From Octopus sinensis (lineage: Eukaryota), in contig NC_042998.1 in assembly GCF_006345805.1 (NCBI RefSeq), positions 86,986,001 to 87,050,000 of the forward strand: DNA of 64,000 bases. Reading direction: 5' to 3'. Under the pieces are notes generated by a model. That model was not told the DNA's origin and did no database searches. It saw only the letters and a list, made by a program, of their open reading frames with translations. A program made the translations under genes and the position numbers. Shown in pieces: positions 41,021-53,575 of this stretch. Within the stretch, counting starts at the first letter, position 1. Each line of letters opens with the position of its first letter.

Positions 41021-41404
41021 AGAAATCATGTGGGGTTTGTGCTCTGTTATTAAGTACTCTAATTGTTACTCCAGATTTCTTGCTATAATTAGCCTAATAA
41101 GCCATTTCAGGACCTGTAAAGTATAAACCTGATAATGTGGTCACCTTCAGATACACAAAGGACCAACAAGTGTTGCATCTAACTCCACATCTTTAACCAA
41201 ATAGTTCTTGACTAAGAACTGTGTTTTTTTCTATGAAGACCAGTACAATATATATAAAAAAAAGCATAACTTGAAAAACAGGGGATGTTGGTAACAAGAA
41301 GGGCATCCAATTGTAAAAGGCCCATCTAACCCATGCTAGCATGGAAAAAGTGGATGTTAAACAAATGAACTTCTTTATACATGGCATTATGATATTTTTT
41401 TACC

Positions 41405-41785
41405 AGGCACAGCCATAGCTGTGTGATAAGAAGTTTGCTTTTTAAGCACATGGTTTCAGGTTCTGTCCCACTGTATTATTATAGCCCTGGTCCAACCAAA
41501 GTGAGTGGATTTGAGAGACAGAAACTAAAAGTAGCCTGACACGTGTGTGTATGTGTGTATGTGTGTTTATGTCTGTGTTTGTCCCCCTACACCACTTGAT
41601 AACTGGTGTTGGGGTATTTATGTCTCTGATTCTTACTGGTTCATCAAAAAAGACCAATAGAAGAAGTACCAAGCTTATAAAAACAAAAAGCACTTGGGTT
41701 GATTTGCTTGACTAAATCCAACAAAGCAGTGCTCCAGCATGGCTGCAGTCCAGTGACTGAAACAAGTAAAAGATAAAAGAAAAGA
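41405..41785 (+). mobile_element. SINE family A
   Basis: Colinear with 14584-14992. Confidence 0.8.
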
Positions 41786-42190
41786 TCCCTGAGTGCACAT
41801 AAAGCATAGACTAAAGCTTTGAGTTTAATATTTTAGAAATCTCTGACAACCTCAATACAATAATGTTCACAACAGAATTTTAAAAAAAAATGAAATAAAA
41901 TAGAATAAAAATAAAAATAAAAGCAGAAACCTTCTTAGAATGTCACGCATTGATTTTTCCACTTAAAATAGTTTACTTTATCATCTTTCTGAGAACCATA
42001 TTGCTAGATTAATTCTACATGATCATCTCATACATCTTTGCCTGTGTAATGGCTCGGAAAATATAGTTTCTGAACTTGAACTTAATGGATATTTTATTAA
42101 TATAAATATCAAACTAACATATTTAAAAATTTAGTTTTAGAATTTTATGTCTGTTTTCTAAAATATCAAGGATGGAATGATTTATATATA

Positions 42191-42224
<34 letters not shown>

Positions 42225-42544
42225 CTTTGATCTCAGTCATATTGTTAGAGACAAATTTGAAAGCTATTCACCTGTAAAATAGGAATGGTAATTGCTATCA
42301 TCCAAGTAAAGTGAGTATTTACAGACCTGCATACTTTACCATCTGAAATTGTTTGATATACAGATGGAAAAAGTATTTCAAATATGTTGGTGTGGTCATG
42401 TGGTTAAGAAGATTCCTTCCCAACCAAGTTGCTTTGGGTTCAGACCTACTGTACAGCATTTCAGACAAGTATCTTCTACTATATTCCGAGTTCAACCAAA
42501 GCCTAGTAAGTGGATTTGGTTGATGGAAACTGAACAGAGCTCAC

Positions 42545-42595
<51 letters not shown>

Positions 42596-42707
42596 ATATA
42601 TACATAGACATACATATACATACACACAGACACACACACTTATGTAACTGCATGTGAATTGTTGGCAATTTTCTTCCTCCATCTTCCCTTCAATTGGACT
42701 TTCCTCT

Positions 42708-42743
42708 GTTTCTGAAGAAGAGCAGATGCTCAAAATGTTAAAC
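42708..42743 (+). ncRNA. Minimal type I hammerhead ribozyme with two CpG-type substitutions, in a PLE-like terminal repeat fragment
   Basis: GTTT-CTGAAGA-A-GAGC agat GCTC-(G>A)AAA(C>T)GTT-AAAC: helices I and II pair perfectly. Confidence 0.7.
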
Positions 42744-42829
42744 CATCTTTCTTTCCTTTCCTGAGCGTCTGCTAATATATTACATGTACTATGTCCTCAC
42801 GTTGTTGTTTTTGGTCTGTTCTTTTTGGA

Positions 42830-43058
42830 TTGCCGGTGGCTCGTAAAAAGCACCATCCGATCGTGGCCGTTTGCTAGCCTCGTCTGGCACCTGTGCCGGT
42901 GGCACGTAAAAAGCACCCACTACAGCTAGCTGGCATTAGGAAGGGCATCCAACCATAGAAACATTACCAGATCAGACTGGGCCTGGTGCAGCCTTCTGGC
43001 TTCCCAGACCCCAGTTGCACCGTCCAACCCATGCCAGCATGGAAAGCGGACGCTAAAC

Positions 43059-43090
<32 letters not shown>
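42830..43090 (+). mobile_element. RTE LINE 3' UTR and (GAT)n tail
   Basis: Two UTR units, then ggaaagcggacgctaaacgatgatgat. Confidence 0.85.
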
Positions 43091-43091
<1 letters not shown>

Positions 43092-43107
43092 ATATATATA
43101 TATATAT

Positions 43108-43244
43108 ATACTTTATTAAAAAACAGCAAAAATATCACAAAAACTGTTACTCAGAGTTTCACATCCTTGTTTGTTGGACGAAAGGGAATGTGAAACTCTG
43201 AGTAACAGTTTTTGTGATATTTTTGCTGCTTTTTAATAAAGCAT
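43108..43244. mobile_element. Palindromic mini-element with decayed HHR motifs
   Basis: Near-spacerless palindrome; GAAACTCTGAGTA-ACA on both strands. Confidence 0.7.
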
Positions 43245-43387
43245 ATTATTCTACCTCTGGTATTCGAGTACTATATTTTCCACCTTGTTTTGCATTTATA
43301 TACTTACTCTGGTGTATGTATGTATATATATATATATATTATATATATATATATACATGCATAATATATATTTACATATATACATAC

Positions 43388-43436
<49 letters not shown>

Positions 43437-43442
43437 ATATAG

Positions 43443-43475
<33 letters not shown>

Positions 43476-43738
43476 ATATAATATATATATATATATATGT
43501 ATGTATATATATATATATATTTTTTTTTTTTGTTAGGCCTGCCTGACTGGCTCCTGTTTCAGCGGCACATAAAACTCACTCACTACACTCTTAGAGTGGT
43601 TGGTGTTAGGAAGGGCATCCAGCTGTAGAGACATTACCTGACCAAATTGGAACATAGTGCAGCCACTGGCTTTCCAGGCCTCAGTCAAACCACCTAACCC
43701 ATGCCAGTATGAAAAATGGACATTAAATGATGATGATA

Positions 43739-44000
43739 TATGGATCAAAACAGTTTGAATCAAATTTGTTGTTACTCTTGAGTTTCAAGCATGATGCTAG
43801 TCATCAGCCAGTATCATTAGCATTACCATTATCATCATTGAATGCCTATTCTCCATGCTGGCATGGGATGGACAGTTTGACTGAAAACTAGTTGGTTGGG
43901 GATTTGGCATGGTTTCTACTGCTGGATGCCCTTTCTAACACCAACCACGCATGAAACTCAAGAGTACCAACAAATTTGAATCAAATTGTTTTGATCCATA
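43739..44000. mobile_element. Inverted-repeat mini-element with HHR motif; RTE tail in the spacer
   Basis: Arms 43739-43790 and 43949-44000; minus strand TGG-CTGATGA-ctAGCA tca TGCTt-GAAACTCAAGAGTA. Confidence 0.65.
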
Positions 44001-44054
44001 CATGTAAATCCCAATAAATTGGTTGAGTACCCCTCTTTTGTTTGTTCACCCACT

Positions 44055-44097
<43 letters not shown>

Positions 44098-44102
<5 letters not shown>

Positions 44103-44520
44103 GGAGTGGCTGTGTGGTAAGTAGCTTGCTTACCAACCACATGGTTCCGGGTTCAGTCCTACTGTGTGACACCTTGAGCAAGTGCCTTCTACTATAGCCT
44201 CAGGCCAACCAAAGCTTTGTGAGTGGATTTGGTAGACAGAAACTGAAAGATGCTTGCCGTATATATGTATGTGTGTGTGTGTGCGCATGTGTGTTTGTGT
44301 GTCTGTATTTGTCCACCCCCACCCCCAAACATCGCTTGACATGCACTGCTGGTGTTTTCATCCCTGTAACATAGCGGTTCAGCAAAAAGAGACTGATAGA
44401 ATAAATACTAAACTTACAAAGAATAAGTCCTGGGGTTGATTTGTTCAAGTGAAAAAAGTGGTGCTCCAGCATGGCCGCAGTCAAATTACTGAAACAAGTA
44501 AAAGAATAAAAGAATAAAAG
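44098..44520 (+). mobile_element. SINE family A, full length
   Basis: gcaggagtggctgtgtggtaag...gaaacaagtaaaagaataaaag. Confidence 0.85.
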
Positions 44521-44529
44521 AATATATAG

Positions 44530-45215
44530 CTGTGTGAAGATGTGCTGAACTCTAACAGTGTAGGAAACCTGTGGAAGAGGTAGACCCAGGAAGACATGGG
44601 ACGAGGTGGTCAAGCGTGACCTTCAAACGTTAGGCCTCATGGGGGCAATGTCAAGTGACTGAGGCCTTTGGCAATATACTATGCAGAAGAAGACTTGTCA
44701 AGCCAAGTGAAATCATAGTCATGGCTGATGGCAGTGTCATGTAACTGGCATGTAAAGAGCATCCTCAAACATTGGATGATATGCCATGCTTGAGAAGACC
44801 TGTCAAGCCAAGCGAAATCATATTCATGTCTAATGCCAGTGTTGCATAACTGGCACCTGTGCTGGTGGCACGTAAAAAGTACTGTTGGAATGTTGGGCCT
44901 CACAGAGGCAGTGACAAGTAACCAAGATCTTTGGTGATATACGATGCTTGAGAAGATCTGTCAAATCAAGTGAGATCGTAGTCATGGCAAGTGCTGGTGT
45001 TTCATAACTGGCACCCATGCCGGTGACATGTAAAAAGCACCCACTACACTCTTGGAGTGGTTGGTGCTAGGAAGGGCATACAGCAGTAGAAATCATGCCA
45101 AATCAGATTGGAACTTGGTCCAAGCCCCCAACCTACCAGTTTTCAGTCTAACTGTCCAACCCATGCCAGCATGGAAAATGAACGTTGAATGATAATTATG
45201 ATGATGATGATGGTG
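44530..45215 (+). mobile_element. RTE LINE 3' end with expanded UTR repeats
   Basis: TCGRGRPRKTWDEVVKRDL, three gaagacctgtcaagccaag units, (GAT)n tail. Confidence 0.85.
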
Positions 45216-45817
45216 GTGGTGAACTAGTTTGCAAATAAAATTCAGAGATTCTCAGTATGGAAGACACATAGTAGTGCTCAAAAGATTCAAACTTAGACTC
45301 TGATGTCATTACAGAGCATCAATTCCACAAAGTAAAAAAAAAAGCTATAAGAGGATTCAAGTTGGGCCGGTATAGAGACAATTATGTGGATAAACAAATT
45401 AGACACATCAAATATATTAAATATATTAAATACATCAAATACAAGGTATGTATATATACACCTATACATGCGAAATGAGAGAAAGCAAAAAGTGAAATCA
45501 TTCAAACGATGAATTTTTATGTATAAATATATAGATTCAACTTACATAGAATACAAATAACAGAGAAAATTAGAGAGGTGGAAGAAAGGTGTTATAAATC
45601 CAACAGCTGTTTCTGGGAGTTCAGTGATCCGTAAATAATGTTGGTGGATTTAGTTTATCACAATATGCAGCTGTATGGATGCAGTTAACATTGGATGAGA
45701 TGAACCTCCTTCATAACGGTAGAGAAGATAAGTTCAGAGATTCCATCTGGCCATCTGGCCATAAAAACCATGTCAAACTATCCAACCCATGCCAGCATGG
45801 AAAGCAGACATTAAATG

Positions 45818-45857
<40 letters not shown>

Positions 45858-45858
<1 letters not shown>

Positions 45859-46229
45859 AGGTGGTTCAAAAGTCTCCATATATAGAAAAAATTATTTTTT
45901 TTATTAAAAACATTTTATAAGATCCCTTAGATCACTTGATCTGACCCCTCTTGATTTCTATCTTTGGCACCATTTGAAAGGCATGGTGTATCGCAGAAAG
46001 ATAAAAGACATAAATGATTTGAAGGAATGCATCACCAACTCCTTTGCACATGTATCACCAAATGTGCCATTACGAGTTCCCAATGTGTGGGGTAAACATA
46101 TTGCAATGTGTATTCAAAACAATGGTAACCATATAGTACCTGTTAAATAAAAAAAAAAACTGTTCTTATAAACTGTTTCTTATAAAAAGATAAATTGTTC
46201 CTATGTATGGTGACTTTTGAATCACCCTG
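45858..46229 (+). mobile_element. Internally deleted Tc1/mariner element
   Basis: TIRs caggtggttcaaaagtctcc and ggtgacttttgaatcaccctg|TA; interior PRSLDLTPLDFYLWHHLKGMVY. Confidence 0.8.
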
Positions 46230-46264
46230 TATATATATATATTTCTCCTTGTTTCTTTTTGTGT

Positions 46265-46301
46265 TCTTTTCTGTGGAAGAGCGTAGGCTGGAAACATTAA
46301 A
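46265..46301 (+). ncRNA. Decayed minimal type I hammerhead in a 150-bp (TA)n-flanked element (46245-46392)
   Basis: TCTTTT-CTGTGGA-A-GAGC gtag GCTG-GAAAC-ATT-AAAGA. Confidence 0.55.
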
Positions 46302-46420
46302 GACTTTTTCACTTCCCGAGCATTATACTAATACATATGTTTGTTGTCTACACCACCTGTCTTTGGCTTTTATTTTTTTGTGAATTCTCCCTATATATAT
46401 ATATATATATATATATATGA

Positions 46421-46478
<58 letters not shown>

Positions 46479-47230
46479 ATGTGTGAGAGTGTGCGTTGTG
46501 AATGTGTGTGTGTGTGTGTGCGTGCGTGTAAATGTATATGTATATGTGTGTGTTGGTGTTTCTGTGTACTCTAGTCTTGACATTATGTGATTTTTATAAA
46601 GAAGTATCACCATCATACAAGCAATGTTGTTCATTTCCACTCATAAACAACATCTTCCATTATTCAAATATGTACACAAGCTAATTCACCAAGGTGTGAT
46701 TGCCACACGAAACAGTGTAACTTGTTAATTATAAATAGTAAACACAGGTCCAGTTATTGCTGTTTAGTTGTTTAACCCTCAAGATAACATTGATTGCTAG
46801 AAAACTATGATCAAAAGCATTCTAGCCCTGACTATTTCTTCTGCTGGGCTGTAGGGAATCTAGGACCACTTTTTCTAATGTGTCTTTCACTTTTGAAAGT
46901 GAAAGTTGAGTTGTGGAATTTTTTATTGTTTTTTCTTGTAAGTTGAGCAACCACATAGAGAGCCCCATTTAGATCATTAAGGGGCTGATACTAAGATATT
47001 GTCATCATTGTCATCATTTTAATGTCCACAGCTGGAATTCATTGAGGTAGATTTTCTATGGTCAGAATCCCTTCTTGTTACCAATCCTCACTTGTTTTCA
47101 AGTAAAGTAATATTCCAATATACCAGATATATTTCCATGAAGGATTAGAAGTGAAATTTGATGGTTGAAGTTGTAATACTTGTTTACACCTAGCCAATGA
47201 TGTTAAAATAAGGAGGCACAAACACACACA

Positions 47231-47277
<47 letters not shown>

Positions 47278-48544
47278 CATACAATGGGCTTCTTTCAGTT
47301 TCCATTTACAAAATTTACTCACAAAACTTTGCTTGATCCAGGACTATAGTAAAAGATACCAAAATGCCATGCTGTAAGACTGAACTCAAAACCCTGGGGT
47401 CGCAAAACAAACTTCTTAACCACACAGCCATACTTGTGCCTTGGTAAAGCTTCTATAATCCCCAGAGAACTTTATTAAAAATAAATCCAATATTAATTGA
47501 CGAGAACAAACAATTAACTTCATAAGCTGTTTGTCATTAATTTCTGATGTGTGGCATAAGCAAATATAGATGAATATGAAAAAAAAATTATTGGAATTTT
47601 GTTGGTTGACTGTATTAAATATTTAGAAATTGGATGAAACAATGCTTCATTTGTTGGAAATGTTATTTATTTGTTAGATGTAGTAGAGATATGAAATTAG
47701 TATGTTGAAGAGATAATTATCAGAATGAGCTTCACAAGGCCTATATAATAATATAAAGCCTTAACTATGATGTATTAAATATGTCAGCAGATTACACCTC
47801 AACAGGCATCAAATTATGTAGCTTTATTAATAAGAAAATGCTTTGACCTTTATTATCTCTTCCATGAGAATTTTATCTAGAAACCATGTTAAATAAAAGA
47901 AACTCAGTTGATTCATCATCATTTCAAAAGTTTTTATCCATCATTAATAACTGTTTCATGCATTGGTTCCTTCTCCACTTTTTCCATTCCTCTTTCCACC
48001 CCTCTTTCTCATGGCTCATGTAAAGTTAGAGCTACTGATAATCAACTTCACTATACATGAGGATTTTTGTTCTTTTGAGGTATCTTTGGCTTTTGGTAGT
48101 TGTAATAAAATTCAAACGTCTTGGGTTCAGTAATGACAAAAGACTTGATAAAGTAGAACATATCAAGAAGAAATCAATTTGTCCTTATGCTTTGTCAGTA
48201 ATTGTATCTTATCAATGTGCATTGATAATGATCTCTTTCAATTACTCAGTCAATGAACACTTGTGTATTGTGAGAAACAGTTATTTTTTTTCATCTCTGT
48301 TCTTCCTCTTCATAAATTATCTGTTTATCACCATTAATTCTATAAAGATCTGCAAAACTGAGATAGCCCTCAATTTCTTCCCTGCAAAAGACCTCCCTCC
48401 CCACCCTTCTTCCTTCAAAGAACAATCATTTTTATGTTTGTCCTGAACCTAAAAGCTCATCAGGATGGAGCTTGTACCACTTTCCATGGCATATCAGTGA
48501 ATGAGAATACAAGATCTGCCTGACTTGGGGTGCCACTTAATTAC

Positions 48545-48710
48545 AGGGTTAACACTCTACTATTGCTGGTAAAGCATTTTCAGTTGATTGGACTGGAGTG
48601 ACATGAAATGAATTATTTTGCTCAACACCACCATGTGTTGTCCAGTATGGGGATCAAAAGCACAACTTTATGGTAGTTGTCCAACTCCCTAACCACTGGG
48701 CCCCATACCT
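48545..48710 (-). mobile_element. Old copy of the 54340 SINE family
   Basis: Minus strand cccagtggttaggg...ttgagcaaaataattcatttcatgtcactccagtcc. Confidence 0.55.
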
Positions 48711-48739
48711 TCACAATCTAGTAGTTTAATCATTTAATA

Positions 48740-49157
48740 TGTAGCGGCACAAGCAGTCAGTGCCATATTGGATGAGATCTCGCAGCAGCCATTGCCATCT
48801 CCGAGACTGAAGTGAGACCTTACCTGCATCCATTTGCCATGCGCAAGATCTCAAAGAGGCTAGTGATGGCAAACTGTATATAAGGGCAAAACAGATTGAG
48901 ATTCTCCCTCTTTTTGCCACCTCCCTTTCCGCCTCTTAGCAGCAGCTCTGGCTGAGCACACTCCATTGGCTGGGCCTGTCTGTATGTTGTACCTCAAGAG
49001 GCAATGTGCCTGCACTAACAGAGCTACTACACAATGCTAAAGATGGTTGCTGAAAGCAGCACACTTCACTTATCCTGTGAAACCTGTAAATAAACCAGTT
49101 GTAAGTTGCATTTGTACTTGAAGTCTTCTCTCTTCACCAGCCGGAGCCTGAACTACA
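48740..49157 (+). mobile_element. Probable solo LTR
   Basis: TGTAG...CTACA termini, TATATAAG at 48877, AATAAA at 49089, GC-richer than flanks; no TSD seen. Confidence 0.55.
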
Positions 49158-49984
49158 GGAAGAACAAAAAGAGATAATGGAGGAAGGCAATATTCTCCCG
49201 ATATCGTAAGCCTTGCCATCCATTATAAATACATAGGTATCAATGCATATATGTTCCAAGTTGTAGAATGCAGTTTTGCCTCTAAGTAGCTGAAATTTTG
49301 TATAGGAGCACAATTTTTTAAAGACGGGTCATAGCAATGTGATTCCTTTTGTGTTAACTTTTTTAAAAAATTGGATTTATCAATAATGAGGAACAGAAGG
49401 GAAAAGTGTTTGAATTAAAAACAGAAAAGAGACAGTGGTCATGGTTAGATGTATTTTAGGTATTGAGAAATATGAGGTAAGGCTGGGTATTGTTGCTAAT
49501 GTTTAATAATATATGATAATTTAATCATGTTTAATTTTCTTATATATATTATGTTATAAGATGTTATATATTTCAAGGAAGAACTCTAGTAGACCCAGAC
49601 TTCACCCAAACAATATTGAAGTATAAGACATGGTTATAAAATAAAACTTAACACACCTTGAACAAGATGTACAAAACTCTGCTTCATTTTGTCTAAATGA
49701 TAAAAGAGCTGGTTTCACTTCTCCTTGACTATTAAGTATACTTTGTAGCAAATGTACAGCTAACTGTTGCAATACGAAACTCCACTTGGCTCATACAGAC
49801 ATGGAAAAGTAGGAGTAAAACAGTACAGTAAATATAATTCCATAACAAAAAAATATGCTTAGCACTACATGGGCTAACATCCATAATTCTAATCCACTGC
49901 CTCCTTATTCTTTTTACTTGTTGAGTCTGGAAGGAAGGCATTGCTCGTGATCTTTCCCAACCTTGAGACAAGAAGACATGATGT

Positions 49985-50800
49985 TATTTATGTTCAGTTT
50001 AAACTGTTGTAGATCAACACATGCAAGAAAGATATGAGCAGGGAGAAGATTCCAGGGAGATAAAACCCTGGAAGTAAAAAACTGGGTATAATGGTAAGGG
50101 CAAGACTGAGTTGGTTGGGTGCACCAAAAGCGACAAGTGGTGAAAAGATGAGTGGGTCAGAGGTGTTTGAAAGGTGGAGGTGTGAGATCAGCCAGCTTTG
50201 AGGCTTAGAGAAAAGACAAAAAAAGAAACATTGTCTATGGACCAGAGACTGGAGCATGTCCTAAAAAATTGGATACCAAGTAGTTGATTGGCTCTTCTTT
50301 AGATGTAATATAGGATACTTGTGTACATAGTATCGACACTGTCCCAAGCATGGGAGCAATACTCCATTTTGGCTTTCACTTGAACCTTATTGAGTATCTA
50401 CAGTTATTGGGGGTTAAAATATCTTCTGTTTCGAAAGGGAACATCCAGTCTTCGAGATACAGTCTTAGTTATGTTAAGGATGTGATTTTGTCAGGAAAGA
50501 TCTTCGGCGACAATAAGGTCTAGGAATAACTTTGAGGGCTCTTTCTTAGGGCCATAGTGGGGGTATAGAGGGGTTTTTTTGCTGATGAATTCTTTGCTGT
50601 TAGAACTCCCCAAATACTTAATTTTTGAACACCTCTTGACATTGTATAAAGTTAAAATTTCCTTAACATGGAATGCTATTCTCACACCTAAATTGATGCA
50701 TCTTTATTTATATCATTCACAACTTATACATAAAGTTGACCATCAAGGTTTAATTGGATGGTAGTCGATCAGTAATAGAAGATACAGCATAAAACAGTGA
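49985..50800 (-). mobile_element. Degraded CR1/L2/Jockey-group LINE, post-RT C-terminus
   Basis: IVAEDLS*QNHI...SRRLDV...KMEYCSHAWD...LQSLVHR...LSPWNLLP. Confidence 0.65.
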
Positions 50801-50974
50801 GCAGGAAATATTGTCAAGCCAGACAAACATCTCACACTCCACATAAATGTCCATTATAAAAGCAAAACATACTTTAGTTAATAAAGAATTGAGATGGCTG
50901 ATGGATAAGGTATTTGATTATTTTCTTATGGATTATATATTTACAAATACACACACACACACACACAATTACAC

Positions 50975-51019
<45 letters not shown>

Positions 51020-51049
51020 TTCACACATATATATACATACACAAACATA

Positions 51050-51290
51050 TGTGCTGGTGGCACGTAAAAAACACCATCCGAGCGTGGCCGTTTGCCAGCC
51101 TCGTCTGGCACCTGTGTCGGTGGCACATAAAATCACCCACTACACTCTCGGAGTGGTTGGCATTAGGAAGGACATCCAGCTGTAGAAACACTGCCAGATC
51201 TGACTGGCCTGGTGCAGACCCCAGTTGAACCGTCCAACCCATGCTAGCATGGAAAGCGGACGTTAAACGATGATGATGATGATGATGATA
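51050..51290 (+). mobile_element. RTE LINE 3' UTR and tail
   Basis: Two UTR units, ggaaagcggacgttaaacgatgatgat. Confidence 0.85.
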
Positions 51291-51388
51291 TACATACACA
51301 CACACACACACATATACATAAATACACACGTATATATATATGTACATACACACACACAAATACACACACATACACACATCTACATATA

Positions 51389-52013
51389 TTATTTAATAAA
51401 CATAGTTTATGTTTTTATGTGCTACTATTAGTCTTATGTGATGAGAGCATGCCAGACAGTATTTTTAACACATCTAGTATCTCAGCACAATCTTCAGGCA
51501 CTGCTCACATAGCATAACAAACTAGAAATGGGATGATACGATGAGAGAAAAAATGAGAAAAGGTGAGAAATAGATATAAATGATGGAATATTGAAAACCA
51601 GAAAATGAAAAAAACAAACAGAAAAAGGCAAAAATGGTGGAGCAGGAAATTAGAGTTATTTTCCTTTTGACTGTAAAATATAAAGCTGAAAAGATAATGG
51701 CTTAGAGTCTGTGGTACAGCTGTTCAATTCTGAGAGGGTGACACTTTCCAATTTGTGATCAGGAACTTAGTCATATGCTTACAAGCGCTGAAAATTTCAG
51801 ATCTAGAATTCAGCAATGTGTTAGAGTTCTTTCAGTTACATGTTTTTGATCTGTTAACACATGGTGTGGATTTTTCAATTATTTTCCACTTTATCGTATG
51901 GATAGTGCTGGAAGATTGTGCTGAAACACCAGACATATTAAAAAATACTGTCTGGCATGCTCTCATCATATGAAACTAATGGTAGCACATAAAACACATA
52001 CTTTATTAAATAA
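51389..52013. mobile_element. Inverted-repeat element (about 113-bp arms) carrying complementary-decayed HHRs
   Basis: Arms 51389-51502 and 51904-52013; GTGC-CTGAAGA in the left arm, GAAAC-TAATG-GTA-GCAC in the right arm. Confidence 0.7.
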
Positions 52014-52086
52014 CATTTATCTCTCACCAGATGGAGTACTTTTTTGCTGATCTTAACATCAGGGAACAGTACACTATATATGTGTG

Positions 52087-52122
<36 letters not shown>

Positions 52123-52149
52123 CATACATATATATATGTGTGTGTGTAT

Positions 52150-53575
52150 AAAACATAGATGGCCCTGCTCGATCTGTAGTAGAGGTGTAGGTAGAAACTC
52201 TATAAGATGTACCCAGTGTAAGCTATGGACACGTAAGAAGTACAGTAATATCAAAGGAAGGCTAACTGGGAAGATAGTTTTTGTATGTAGCAGATGCTCG
52301 GGAGCGATAAACACTGAAAATGTGCAGAGAACAACTTCCACCACATTCCAGGGTGAAAACCTAGTAGTTGATAGATTCCGTTAAATAGATGACGAAGTCA
52401 GTAGTGGAAGAGAGTGCACTGAAAGTGTAGCTGTTAGAATAAGAATAGCTTGGACAAAGTTCAGAGAGTTCTTACCTCTGCTGGTGACAAAGGACCTTTT
52501 GTTCAGAGTAAAAGGTAGACTGTATGATGCATGTGTACGAACAGCCATGCTACATGGCAGTGAAACATGGGCTGTGACTGCTGAGGAAATGCATAAGCTC
52601 ACAACGAATGAAGCCAGTATGATCCGATGGATGTGTAATGTCAGTGTGCATAATCAACAGAGTGTAAGTACCTTGAGAGAAAAGTTGGACCTAAGAAGCA
52701 TTAGATGTGGTGTGCAAGAGAGACGACTGCGCTGGTATGGTCATGTGGTGAGAATGGATGAGGATAGCTGTGTGAAAAAGTGCCACATCCTAGCGGTTGA
52801 GGGAACCTGTGGAAGAGGTAGACCTAGGAAGACCTGGGATGAAGTGGTGAAGCACGACCTTCGAACTTTAGGCCTCACCAAGGAAATGACTAGCAACCGA
52901 GACTTTTGGAAATATGCTGTGCCCGAGAAGACCCGGCAAGCCAGATGAAACCATAACCCGTAGCCTATGCCAGGAGCATAACCAGCCTGCTTATGCATAC
53001 CTTTTCCTTCTTTGGTCACTAAACTTTGCTTGCGAAGACCTGTTGAGGCAAGTGAAATAAAAATCAAAATCATTTCGATGACTGGCATCCGTGCTAGCGG
53101 GGTGCAGAGAGCACCATATGAGTGTGATCATTGACAGAGCGGCTATTTGAGTATGATCGTTACCAGTGATGCCTTACTGGCACTTATGCCTGTGCTAGTA
53201 GGGTGCCAAGAACATCATCCGAGCATGATCATTGCCAGAGCAGCCGTACCCGTGGCACGTAAAAGGGCACCATTTGAGCATGATCGTTACCAATGTCGCT
53301 TCACTGGCACCTGTGCTGGTGGCATGTGTAAAAAGATTCGAGCAAGGTCATTGCCAGTACCGCCTGACTGGCCCCCGTGCCAGTGGTATGTAAAAAGTAC
53401 CCACTACACTCTTGGAGTGGTTGGCGTTAGGAAGGGCATCCAGCTGTAGAAACTCTGCCAGATCAAGATTGGAGCCTGGTGCAGCCATCTGGTTTGCCAG
53501 CCTTCAGTCAAAATCGTCCAACCCATGCTATCATGGAAAGTGGATGTTAAACGGTGATGATGATGATGATGATAT
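52150..53575 (+). mobile_element. Longest RTE LINE copy: PHD-like insert, RT C-terminus, VNTR UTR, (GAT)n tail
   Basis: One frame with a single stop from WPCSIC to EKTRQAR* at 52948. Confidence 0.92.
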
